DNA of 53,589 bases from Minisyncoccota bacterium (GTDB taxonomy: Bacteria > Patescibacteriota > Minisyncoccia > Phycocordibacterales > UBA6065), in the NCBI GenBank assembly GCA_036565605.1, contig DATCXV010000028.1, positions 1 through 53,589 of the forward strand, read 5' to 3'. Below the pieces are notes generated by a model. It did not search any database. It saw only the letters and a program-made list of their open reading frames with translations, and was not told where the DNA came from. Positions 9,767 to 17,491 of this stretch are shown here, piece by piece; within the stretch, counting starts at the first letter, position 1; each line of letters opens with the position of its first letter. Position numbers and translations under genes: made by a program.

Positions 9767-10399
9767 TTAAAACTCTCTAGAGTCTCCCTCAATCATAACC
9801 ACAAATTCAATTCCTTGGGGCTCTAGCACTTTTGCTGGCAGTACATGAGCTGACCCGAAACGAGTACCATCGTGTACAGGAAAAGCCTTCTTTGGTTTAA
9901 GTAAAAGTGCATAATCAATTGCCTCACTCAATTTCATCCAAGGACCAGATACCGGCAGTGCTAAAACTTCTACTGATCTTTCCGGATTGGTGAAGGCATC
10001 ACCTGGATACCAGAGTTTGTTTTCAATAAAGAAACCGAGGTTTGAAGAGAGCGGGATAGTGCTATGCATTTGTGCATGCTTCTCACCAATACCATCAACT
10101 GAAATCTCTCCGAGCATCACTTTATCTCCATGATTAACCTGGGTATGTTTTATACCTTCTTTTGTAAGGAGTTCACTTACAGAATTATTTGTATAAATAA
10201 TTGCTTGAGGATTTTTCTCCAAAATTACCTTGAGTGATTCAAGATGGTAGTGGTCTTGGTGTTCATGAGTAAAAAGAATGTAATCAATGTCCTCAAGTTT
10301 GGAGTGTGATTCAACTGTATAGCTTCCAGGGTCAGTGAGAACTCTCTTTCCTTTTGTTTCAATCAGGAGGCAACAATGGCCTAATTTAGTAATTTTCAT
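9767..10399 (-). CDS. MBL-fold metallo-hydrolase
   Basis: HEHQDH (HxHxDH) motif plus later conserved His/Asp residues. 210 aa. Confidence 0.85.
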   Translation of the reverse strand: MKITKLGHCCLLIETKGKRVLTDPGSYTVESHSKLEDIDYILFTHEHQDHYHLESLKVILEKNPQAIIYTNNSVSELLTKEGIKHTQVNHGDKVMLGEISVDGIGEKHAQMHSTIPLSSNLGFFIENKLWYPGDAFTNPERSVEVLALPVSGPWMKLSEAIDYALLLKPKKAFPVHDGTRFGSAHVLPAKVLEPQGIEFVVMIEGDSREF

Positions 10400-10408
10400 A
10401 ATATTGTC

Positions 10409-10417
10409 ATTTTATCA
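10409..10417 (-). promoter_or_regulatory. Extended -10 (TGaTAAAAT), 9 nt upstream of MBL hydrolase ATG
   Basis: Minus strand reads atTGaTAAAATgacaatattATG. Confidence 0.4.
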
Positions 10418-10481
10418 ATTTTATTGCCTTTTAGCCATTTTTGAGTAATATTCGAACCAGAACAAACAAAAGGAGCCAACA

Positions 10482-10883
10482 ATGCAAACCTCGCGCTTTA
10501 AACAAGCCGTGCGGTTCTGCATTGCAGGAGCCGCCGGTGTCATCGCCTACTACGGAGCTTTGTACGGACTTACGGAATATCTGGGAGTTTGGTACGTCGC
10601 TTCGGCAGTAATCGGGTTCATCCTGAACACCGGATTGAACTTTACACTTCAAAAATTCTGGACGTTCCAGAACAAAGAGACTGGGATGGTTGGACGGCAG
10701 CTCGTGCTGTATGTCCTCATGACGATTTCCTTCCTCATCGGCAACACAGTCTTTCTGTATCTCATGGTGCAGTATCTGCACATGTGGTACATCGGAGCCC
10801 AGATGATTCTCACAGTGGTCATTTCCATTCTGAGCTTCATCCTCTCTGGTCGAATCTTCAAAAACAAAAAGGAGAACACATGA
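10482..10883 (+). CDS. GtrA-family membrane protein
   Basis: RFCIAGAAGVIAYYGALYGLTEYLGVWYVASAVIGFILNTGLNFTLQKFWTFQN; 4 TM helices. AAGGAG SD sits 6 nt upstream of the ATG. Confidence 0.85.
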   Translation: MQTSRFKQAVRFCIAGAAGVIAYYGALYGLTEYLGVWYVASAVIGFILNTGLNFTLQKFWTFQNKETGMVGRQLVLYVLMTISFLIGNTVFLYLMVQYLHMWYIGAQMILTVVISILSFILSGRIFKNKKENT

Positions 10884-11662
10884 ACACACGCCCGTACGTC
10901 GGTATCACCGACTTCACCAGTTTCGAGCAGGTGACAAAAATGCTCGAGGTGTTCCGGAGACACAGACAGCCGGATTCCAAGCGACAGCTTCACATCGGTG
11001 TCATGATGAGCTACAAGACGCTCAATGGCATCGAGACCAAGTGGTCGAAGGCCTTCCCGCCAAAGGAAACGATTGCTAGCATCTTCGGTCTGACCGACGA
11101 CGCTGACGATCTCTACTACTGCCTGCACTACGCCGACTACGATCACGACACCAAGTTCACAGACTTGGCGCGAGGGATCGAATACGCCGGACCATGGGTC
11201 AATGCCGTCCAACTCGACATGCCTTGGCCTGATCCTGGAGTGGTTGCAAGTGGCGTTCACACGTCGCGCAAGCAGATCGAAGTCATCCTCCAGGTCGGCA
11301 AGCGGTCCATCGAGGAAGCCAACGACGATCCTGCGGAAGTCGTGCGTCGTCTGGAAGATTACGAAGGAGTGATCCATCGTGTGCTTCTCGACAAGAGCAT
11401 GGGACGTGGCCTCGGCATGGATGCAGTCGGCCTCATTCCGTTTGCACGGGCGATCAAGGAACGGTTTCCGAACCTTGGTCTCGTCGCTGCAGGCGGCCTC
11501 GGGCCCGACAGCATCGGTCTGGTCGAACCCCTCGTCAAAGAGTTTCCTGATCTCTCGATCGACGCCCAAGGAAAACTCCGGCCGAGCGGAAATGCCCTCG
11601 ATCCGATTGATTGGGATATGGCAGGTGCCTATCTCGTCAAAGCTCTGGAGCTCTTGAAGTGA
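10880..11662 (+). CDS. TIM-barrel protein resembling phosphoribosylanthranilate isomerase (TrpF-like)
   Basis: ATGA start/stop overlap with gtrA and a GGAG SD upstream. Motifs: YVGITDF, VNAVQLDMPWP, RVLLDKS.GRGLG, LVAAGGLGPDSIG, LSIDAQGKL. The track start at 10589 lies inside gtrA in another frame. Confidence 0.6.
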   Translation: MNTRPYVGITDFTSFEQVTKMLEVFRRHRQPDSKRQLHIGVMMSYKTLNGIETKWSKAFPPKETIASIFGLTDDADDLYYCLHYADYDHDTKFTDLARGIEYAGPWVNAVQLDMPWPDPGVVASGVHTSRKQIEVILQVGKRSIEEANDDPAEVVRRLEDYEGVIHRVLLDKSMGRGLGMDAVGLIPFARAIKERFPNLGLVAAGGLGPDSIGLVEPLVKEFPDLSIDAQGKLRPSGNALDPIDWDMAGAYLVKALELLK

Positions 11663-11676
11663 CGCTCAACACAAAG

Positions 11677-11716
11677 CCCCGTTTCGTGGACCAACCACGG
11701 GACGGGGACTTTTTTA
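11677..11716 (+). terminator. Rho-independent terminator of the gtrA/TIM-barrel operon
   Basis: 13-bp stem ccccgtttcgtgg / ccacgggacgggg, loop accaa, then acTTTTTTaTTTT. Confidence 0.8.
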
Positions 11717-11827
11717 TTTTCTAAACAGTTATCGGCCTGACCAAATTTGTAGATCCCATCTTTCAAGTTTGGGATATAATGATATTCACTTGTGGTGCGG
11801 AAATAAGTTGTTATTTCGTCCACCACG

Positions 11828-11843
11828 CGGAGCCCAACTGACA
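11828..11843 (+). repeat. 16-nt direct repeat copy 2 (CGGAGCCCAACTGACA)
   Basis: Identical to 8197-8212. Confidence 0.8.
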
Positions 11844-11853
11844 CAATAAGCCA

Positions 11854-11895
11854 AAAATGAAAAGACATCCTTCAAAGGATGTCTTTTCATTTTTG
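11854..11895 (+). terminator. Rho-independent terminator
   Basis: 17-bp stem aaaatgaaaagacatcc / ggatgtcttttcatttt, loop ttcaaa, T-run. Confidence 0.75.
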
Positions 11896-11902
11896 ATATA
11901 CT
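11894..11902 (+). promoter_or_regulatory. Extended -10 (TGaTATACT), exactly 6 nt upstream of ATG 11909
   Basis: ttTGaTATACTtaccgcATG. There is no room for an SD. Confidence 0.5.
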
Positions 11903-11908
11903 TACCGC

Positions 11909-12337
11909 ATGGCAACAATACATTCTTGGATCAACTTCAACGGTAACGCCGAAGAAGCGTTTACGTTTTATAAATCGATATTCGGCGGCGAATGCACGAA
12001 AATTGTCCGCTTCAAAGATCTCGCAAGCTCACAGTTGCCAGTATCGGATGCAGATGCGGAGAAACTCATGCGGATCGCCTTGCCGATCGGGAAGAATGGC
12101 ATGCTGTTTGCAAACGACGTGCCTTCATTCATGGGCAAGACAAATGAACATGAGAATCGAAGCAAGATCCTGGTTAATGCTGAAACCAAAGAAGAAGCAG
12201 ATGCTATCTTCAACGGTCTTTCAGAAGGAGGAGAAGTCGAGGCTCCGATGAGCGAAGGGGGATGGGGCGCATATTTTGGCATGCTCAGAGACAAATACGG
12301 CATCGAGTGGATGATTGAATTCTCGGCTGCTCAATAG
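11909..12337 (+). CDS. VOC-superfamily protein (PhnB/glyoxalase-like)
   Basis: WINFNGNAEEAFTFYKSIFGGE...ALPIGKNGMLFANDVP...GGWGAYFGMLRDKYGIEWMI; 142 aa. Confidence 0.8.
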   Translation: MATIHSWINFNGNAEEAFTFYKSIFGGECTKIVRFKDLASSQLPVSDADAEKLMRIALPIGKNGMLFANDVPSFMGKTNEHENRSKILVNAETKEEADAIFNGLSEGGEVEAPMSEGGWGAYFGMLRDKYGIEWMIEFSAAQ

Positions 12338-12343
12338 CTCAGC

Positions 12344-12349
12344 TATATT
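12344..12349 (+). promoter_or_regulatory. -10 box TATATT, exactly 6 nt upstream of ATG 12356
   Basis: agcTATATTtaaacaATG. Confidence 0.4.
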
Positions 12350-12355
12350 TAAACA

Positions 12356-12799
12356 ATGGCAATCAAAAGAATGGACCACGTCAGTGTTGTCGTTGAAGAT
12401 CTTGAAGCGGCTATCGCTTTTTTCACCGAGCTTGGTCTGCGTGAGGAAGGCAAGACATCGGTCGAAGGTCCGTGGGTGGATCGCATCAACAATATCGAGG
12501 GTGTTCAGGTTGATATCGTCATGATGATTACTCCGGACGGACACGGACGACTCGAGCTTACAAAATTCCGCAATCCAAAACTGGTAAAGATTGATCCGGT
12601 GGTCGCACCGCCTAATGCGCTGGGACTTCGCAGTGTCATGTTTACGGTTGAAAATGTGGACGACACGGTTGCGCATATGCGTGCACATGGCGCCGAACTT
12701 GTTGGCGAAATAGTTCAGTATGAAAACATGTATCGGCTTTGTTATATGCGAGGTCCGGGCGGCATCATCGTGTCGTTGGCCCAGGAGCTTTTCAATTAG
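12356..12799 (+). CDS. VOC-family glyoxalase/bleomycin-resistance/dioxygenase-fold protein
   Basis: MDHVSVVVEDLEAAIAFFTELGL...; 147 aa. Confidence 0.8.
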   Translation: MAIKRMDHVSVVVEDLEAAIAFFTELGLREEGKTSVEGPWVDRINNIEGVQVDIVMMITPDGHGRLELTKFRNPKLVKIDPVVAPPNALGLRSVMFTVENVDDTVAHMRAHGAELVGEIVQYENMYRLCYMRGPGGIIVSLAQELFN

Positions 12800-12876
12800 A
12801 TTCTGAATACGCCAGAGCCGGTTTTTGCGTAATAGCCGTGATGGGATTATCTGTGGTTCTTATATATTTCAAAATC

Positions 12877-13017
12877 ATGGCTATAACTGATAAAGACGTA
12901 CGCGATTCAGAAGAAAAGGCTGACGACGCAGAGCAGGGTGCAAAAGAAGCACGTGCTGATGAAGCGCAGACTCGTGCCGATCAGGCTCACGAAAAGGCAG
13001 ATGAGAACAAGGAATAG
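12877..13017 (+). CDS. Small acidic/charged low-complexity protein (46 aa), hypothetical
   Basis: MAITDKDVRDSEEKADDAEQGAKEARADEAQTRADQAHEKADENKE. Start chosen downstream of VOC gene end. Weak evidence. Confidence 0.3.
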   Translation: MAITDKDVRDSEEKADDAEQGAKEARADEAQTRADQAHEKADENKE

Positions 13018-13071
13018 AGAGGGAGCGTATATGGTTATGAGCTTACCAGCTTTCAACCATATCAACTTTTT

Positions 13072-16000
13072 ATGTACCACATTTTTTCTTCTGCGCCCTT
13101 TCGGGCGGCAAGAAAGGGACTTTCCGCAGTCTCGATTCTTGCTCTCTTTCTGTTTGCCGCGGGCGGCGCGCCTTTGGGATTATCGATCCCGATTGCGTAC
13201 GCGAATAACGGAATTGCTGTTTCAGTAACTCCGAATACGGGCACGCTTTCGGCCGGTGACGCGCTCACGGTCGACATGACTGTTTCTCTTGATCCGAATG
13301 ACACCAATCCGATTACTTCACCGTCATGTCTTATAAACGGAGTCGATGTAGCGAACACGTTTACGAATCTTACTTCGGGAACCGATGGTCACTTTAGGTT
13401 CACCTACAACGTAGGCGAGAGTGATACTGATCGTGCTGCCGGACAGGTTCCGATTGATTGTACTTTGCATCAGACAGGCACTGTGACGATCACTGGATTT
13501 GATGATGGCAATACAGTTGCTATCGACGCTGTTCCTGATTCTACGGGTGGAGACGAAGGAGGTGATACAGGCGGCACAGGTGATGACACTGGCGGCACGG
13601 TGACTCCGGGTGCTGATGGCATCGCTACTTATTCTGTTCCAGGTTCGGGTACGCTTACGCCTGGACAGTCTATGGAAGTGCACATGGAAGTTGCGCTTGA
13701 TGCAAACGATACTAATCCGGTCACTTCACCGTCGTGTCTGGTGAATGGAGTCGATGTAGCAAACACGTTCACGAATCTCACTTCAGGAACCGATGGTCAC
13801 TTCAAGTTCACCTATACCGTAGGTGAAAGTGATACTGATCGTGCGGCAGGCCAAGTTCCGATCAACTGTACATTGGCACAGACAGGTTCAGTTACGGTAA
13901 CAAGCTTCGATCAAAGCGATGTTGCAATTGATGCGGGCACGGATGGCACGGGAACAACGACGCCTCCGGGCGGGGAAGTTGGTGGCGGTTCGACCCCGAC
14001 ATTGGCCGGCTTCTCGGTTTCGCCTTCGACAGGCTCGATTCATGCGGGCGATACGGCAACCATTACGATTGTCGAGACCAACGGATTGACCGACCTTTCT
14101 GTAGCGGGCTCATGTAAAGTGAATGTTCGCGATGTTGGTTCGACGTTGCAGAGTTTGGGCAACGGTTCATACACGCTTACCTATACTGTCGACCCGTCTG
14201 ATGGCGAGCGTCCGGCTGGCATACTGCCGATCGATTGTACCTTGGGTAATGATGATGGCACTTTCTTGGTTCACCACCCATGGACGGATGGTAATACCTT
14301 GGCGGTTGACACGAACGGAGATGGAACCATCGACAACGGAGAAAATATGCTGGGCTTCACGGTTATGGCAAATCCGTCTTCGGGCACGCTTCATGATGGT
14401 GACAGTATGCAGGTTTCGATGCAGGATCCGCTTCCATCGGGCGATGTAGTCATTGGATCTGAAGGATGTCTGGTTAATGGCGTTAATGTTGCAGGAAGTT
14501 ATGCGTATCAGGGTAATGGCTTGTACACCGTTTCGTATACCGTTGGAGCAAGCGATACGCCGCGCGCAGCCGGAGAGACTCCGATTGCATGTACTTTGCA
14601 GAATTCGACCGGCTCGGTCCATCTGCACACCTTTACTGACAACAACACGGTAGCGATTGAACCGACTGGTTCGTCGACTCCATCAGGTGGAGATGAAGGC
14701 GGCACAGGCACAACCACACCTCCGACCAATGGTTCGTGGTTTGGTACAGTAAATGCAGTTCCAGAGACGGGAACGCTTGGTGTTGGTCAGAATCTTGAAA
14801 TCCACTTCTACACGGATCCGCAACAGAACGATCTGACCCTGAACGGTGCATGTACGGTCAATGGCGTCGATGTCTCGGGAAGTTTTGCGAATCTGACAGA
14901 TGGCCAGTACCGCACGATCTATACTGTCGGTGCAAGTGATACGGCGCGTGCAGCGGGCACGGTTCCGGTACTCTGTAACTTCCAGAATGGATCAGGTGCA
15001 ACTACGACGGTTTCGGCATTCACGGTTGCGAACTCGGTAGCAATCGATCCGACCATAGGAGGAGATAACGGCGGCAATACGGGTGGTGACAACGGTGGTA
15101 ATGACAACGGCACAACCACTCCGCCTGGTGACGACAACGGCACCACGACGCCTTCGGCCTCGTACTCGATCAATCAAGTATCGGCGAATCCCAACTTCGG
15201 TGCTTTGGACGTAGGTGATTTGCTTGAAGTCTATATGCACGAAAATAGCGGCGCGGATAACATGACGCTTGCTGGCGCATGTACGGTGAATAATGTTGAT
15301 GTCTCGGGTACGTTCACGAATCTGACAAGTGGCTTTTACAAGGTAAGTTACACGGTCGATACAAACGACTCGAATCGCGCGGCGGGCCAGATTCCAGTGA
15401 ATTGTATTGTGGGCAAGGATGGTTCGAATGCGACCGCGTCGGCATTCACAGATGGCAACAGCACGTCGATTGATATTGCTCCGACGGGTGGTGACAACGG
15501 TGGTAATGACAACGGCACGACCACTCCGCCTGGCGGCGATAACACCGGCGATAACACGGGAGGAGATAACGGCGGCACTACTGGTGGTAACACCGGTGGA
15601 GAAAGCCAGATATCATCTACAACTCCGATTACACTTGCGGTTACGGCACAGCCAGGCTCGGGAACGCTTCATCAAGGTGCACATCTGTTCGTCCAATTCC
15701 AAGAATCGCACCAGATGAATGATCTTTCCTTGGGTGGTGCATGTACGGTAAACAATGTCTCGGTCGGTCCGTTAGAGAATATGGGTGGCGGTTTCTATCG
15801 CGTCGACTATACAATTGGCACCAGTGACGCTGATCGAAGTGCTGGTACGATCCCAGTTTCGTGTCTTATCCAGAACGGCTCTGGTACGACGACTCAGGTC
15901 TCGGCATTCACTGACGGTAACACCACGGCAATTGATGTTATGGACGACGGCACGGCCACGACTACACCGGAGGACAACGGCACAACCACTCCTTCGACCT

Positions 16001-17016
16001 CGACTCCGGCAGTGCTTGCAATTGATTCAATCAATCAGACGCGCGATACCGCAACATCGACCGACTCATTCTCGGCGGGTTGGGCATGGACCTTCAACAT
16101 CACTGTTCCGGATGACCAACCGGTCCTGCATGTGAAGTTTGGTGATTGGACGAAGGCAGGTGATGCTTCGACCACGATCCAGATGGAAAACAACATGCGC
16201 GTGTGGTCAGATCAAGCGGCGACGACCACTCCGTTCACACTGACTGCAGCGGGTGTCTATTCGGATCCGATGACCATCACGGGAGATTTGGATCCAAGCA
16301 CTCCGGGCAAGCAGATTGCACTTCAAGTTGAAATGCAAATTCCGGAAGGCAGCGCGGACGGTTCGTACGGTACATACTATGGCATCCAGACATCTGAAGA
16401 CGAAACGGTGTCGGAAACTCCAGATGGAACCTGGACTTATTCGGACGGATCGATCATTGGAACGTTTGCGATGACAGATGAAAACGCGGGCGGCTCGAAT
16501 GGTTCGAACAATGGACAGGAATCTTCTGATGGTTCAATGGTTACCTCGACCGAAGACAGGGGCGGTAGGAGTTTGGGCGGTCACCGCCATGCAGTAGGTG
16601 GAGGTTCAGGCGGTGTAAGTAGCACAGGAGGTACGGGCGGCATTACGCTCGTGAGTGATACTTCGGGCGGATCCGATCTCGGCGTGGGCGGCGGTTACGA
16701 TCCAGAGCTCGAGGCGTATCTGCAGGGTCTTAATGGTGGTGCAGGCACAGGCGTGGCAAACGGATCTGCTTCTGCAGATGGTGCAGTAAGTCCATCGGAT
16801 GCTGTGGCATTCAACAATAATGGAGTGTTTACGGTACCGACGGTTGCTGACACGGATTCGGGCAAGGCAGGCGCTTTGGCTGCGGTTGGCTCGATCCTGA
16901 CCTTGGGTACTGGCAAGGCGTGGGTAGCGGTCGCAACGACGGTCGCCCTGGTTGGGCTTATCGGTTACGGACTGACCTCGGCCTTCGCGTACCGAAGGAG
17001 CGAAGATATGTGGTAA
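13072..17016 (+). CDS. Secreted, C-terminally anchored surface protein with seven tandem two-Cys Ig-like repeat domains
   Basis: Signal peptide ...LGLSIPIAYA/NN. Seven ~105-aa domains separated by Gly/Asp/Asn/Thr linkers, then a distinct ~130-aa domain and a Gly-rich region. Terminal TM helix plus YRRSEDMW tail. Confidence 0.9.
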   Translation: MYHIFSSAPFRAARKGLSAVSILALFLFAAGGAPLGLSIPIAYANNGIAVSVTPNTGTLSAGDALTVDMTVSLDPNDTNPITSPSCLINGVDVANTFTNLTSGTDGHFRFTYNVGESDTDRAAGQVPIDCTLHQTGTVTITGFDDGNTVAIDAVPDSTGGDEGGDTGGTGDDTGGTVTPGADGIATYSVPGSGTLTPGQSMEVHMEVALDANDTNPVTSPSCLVNGVDVANTFTNLTSGTDGHFKFTYTVGESDTDRAAGQVPINCTLAQTGSVTVTSFDQSDVAIDAGTDGTGTTTPPGGEVGGGSTPTLAGFSVSPSTGSIHAGDTATITIVETNGLTDLSVAGSCKVNVRDVGSTLQSLGNGSYTLTYTVDPSDGERPAGILPIDCTLGNDDGTFLVHHPWTDGNTLAVDTNGDGTIDNGENMLGFTVMANPSSGTLHDGDSMQVSMQDPLPSGDVVIGSEGCLVNGVNVAGSYAYQGNGLYTVSYTVGASDTPRAAGETPIACTLQNSTGSVHLHTFTDNNTVAIEPTGSSTPSGGDEGGTGTTTPPTNGSWFGTVNAVPETGTLGVGQNLEIHFYTDPQQNDLTLNGACTVNGVDVSGSFANLTDGQYRTIYTVGASDTARAAGTVPVLCNFQNGSGATTTVSAFTVANSVAIDPTIGGDNGGNTGGDNGGNDNGTTTPPGDDNGTTTPSASYSINQVSANPNFGALDVGDLLEVYMHENSGADNMTLAGACTVNNVDVSGTFTNLTSGFYKVSYTVDTNDSNRAAGQIPVNCIVGKDGSNATASAFTDGNSTSIDIAPTGGDNGGNDNGTTTPPGGDNTGDNTGGDNGGTTGGNTGGESQISSTTPITLAVTAQPGSGTLHQGAHLFVQFQESHQMNDLSLGGACTVNNVSVGPLENMGGGFYRVDYTIGTSDADRSAGTIPVSCLIQNGSGTTTQVSAFTDGNTTAIDVMDDGTATTTPEDNGTTTPSTSTPAVLAIDSINQTRDTATSTDSFSAGWAWTFNITVPDDQPVLHVKFGDWTKAGDASTTIQMENNMRVWSDQAATTTPFTLTAAGVYSDPMTITGDLDPSTPGKQIALQVEMQIPEGSADGSYGTYYGIQTSEDETVSETPDGTWTYSDGSIIGTFAMTDENAGGSNGSNNGQESSDGSMVTSTEDRGGRSLGGHRHAVGGGSGGVSSTGGTGGITLVSDTSGGSDLGVGGGYDPELEAYLQGLNGGAGTGVANGSASADGAVSPSDAVAFNNNGVFTVPTVADTDSGKAGALAAVGSILTLGTGKAWVAVATTVALVGLIGYGLTSAFAYRRSEDMW
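13204..15951 (+). repeat. Seven in-frame tandem domain repeats, consensus C-x-V-N-G-V-D-V...F-x-N-L-x-x-G-x-Y...Y-T-V-G-x-S-D-T-x-R-A-A-G-x-(I/V)-P-(I/V)-x-C
   Basis: Read directly from the translation. Approximate boundaries of repeats R1-R7: 13204, 13615, 14000, 14345, 14735, 15160, 15620. The cores of R1 and R2 are near-identical at the DNA level. Confidence 0.85.
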
Positions 17017-17045
17017 TCGAACATAACAGGGAAAAGTAGATAGCG

Positions 17046-17086
17046 AAATCCGCTCTCCACAGGCGTGGTGGGGCGGATTTTGCTTT
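17046..17086 (+). terminator. Rho-independent terminator of the surface-protein gene
   Basis: aaatccgc...gcggatttTgcTTT. Confidence 0.65.
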
Positions 17087-17095
17087 CAGATTGTC

Positions 17096-17104
17096 TGCTA
17101 TAAT
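17096..17104 (+). promoter_or_regulatory. Extended -10 (TGcTATAAT), 9 nt upstream of hpf ATG
   Basis: gtcTGcTATAATaaaaaacgtATG. Confidence 0.5.
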
Positions 17105-17113
17105 AAAAAACGT

Positions 17114-17491
17114 ATGATCAAAAAGATTGTAAAGGGGACGCATATCGAATTGACTGAAGCGATCAATGTTGCCGTGGATAAAATTGTTATGGCGTTGGAT
17201 CGTTATGTTGCGCCGGATGACAGTGGTGCGATGGTTGAAATCGAAGTCTCGCGTACAACTAACCATCACCGCTCGGGCGATATCTTCCGCGCTGAAGCGA
17301 ACTTCCAATCACGACTGGGTCTTATCCGTGCAGAAGCCGAAAAAGAAGATCTGTATATGGCACTTTCGATCGTCAAAGATGAACTGATCGAAGCATTGAA
17401 TGCCAAGAAAGGTAAACGAACGGATTTTATCCGACGTTCGGGGTTGGCGGTTAAAAACATGCTGAAGGGCTTGCCATGGAGACGAACTTAG
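17114..17491 (+). CDS. hpf: Ribosome hibernation promoting factor / RaiA (S30AE) family
   Basis: IKKIVKGTHIELTEAINVAVDKIV...EIEVSRTTNHHRSGDIFRAEANF...IRAEAEKEDLYMALSIVKDELIEAL. Confidence 0.8.
   Translation: MIKKIVKGTHIELTEAINVAVDKIVMALDRYVAPDDSGAMVEIEVSRTTNHHRSGDIFRAEANFQSRLGLIRAEAEKEDLYMALSIVKDELIEALNAKKGKRTDFIRRSGLAVKNMLKGLPWRRT

Larger units (their letters stand above)
8202..11843. mobile_element. Putative degenerate tRNA-Asn-linked genomic islet (no integrase seen)
   Basis: Bounded by the 16-nt direct repeat. The tRNA-proximal 2.2 kb is visibly AT-rich: two hand-counted 60-nt lines gave about 32% and 43% GC, versus about 53% in one core line. Cargo is accessory-type. Confidence 0.3.
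11787..11895 (+). ncRNA. Candidate small RNA: hairpin, tRNA-Asn 3'-end copy, intrinsic terminator
   Basis: TATAAT at 11775-11780. Interrupted 13-bp hairpin gtggtgcggaaataa-gttg-ttatttcgtccaccac, then CGGAGCCCAACTGACA, then the terminator at 11854-11895. No credible ORF. Confidence 0.25.

Noticed and set aside
10589-10879. N-terminal 97 codons of the 357-aa track ORF 10589-11662.
   Set aside because: This part overlaps gtrA in another frame and translates to a His/Arg/Pro-rich sequence. A GGAG SD and an ATGA stop/start overlap at 10880 mark the real start.
13300-13900. Near-identical repeat pair (domains 1 and 2 of the surface protein) as the template/variable repeat of a diversity-generating retroelement.
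   Set aside because: No reverse transcriptase (no YxDD-type ORF) anywhere in the window. The differences between the copies are spread over all four bases, mostly at synonymous third positions, not restricted to adenines. Both copies are in-frame domains of one protein.
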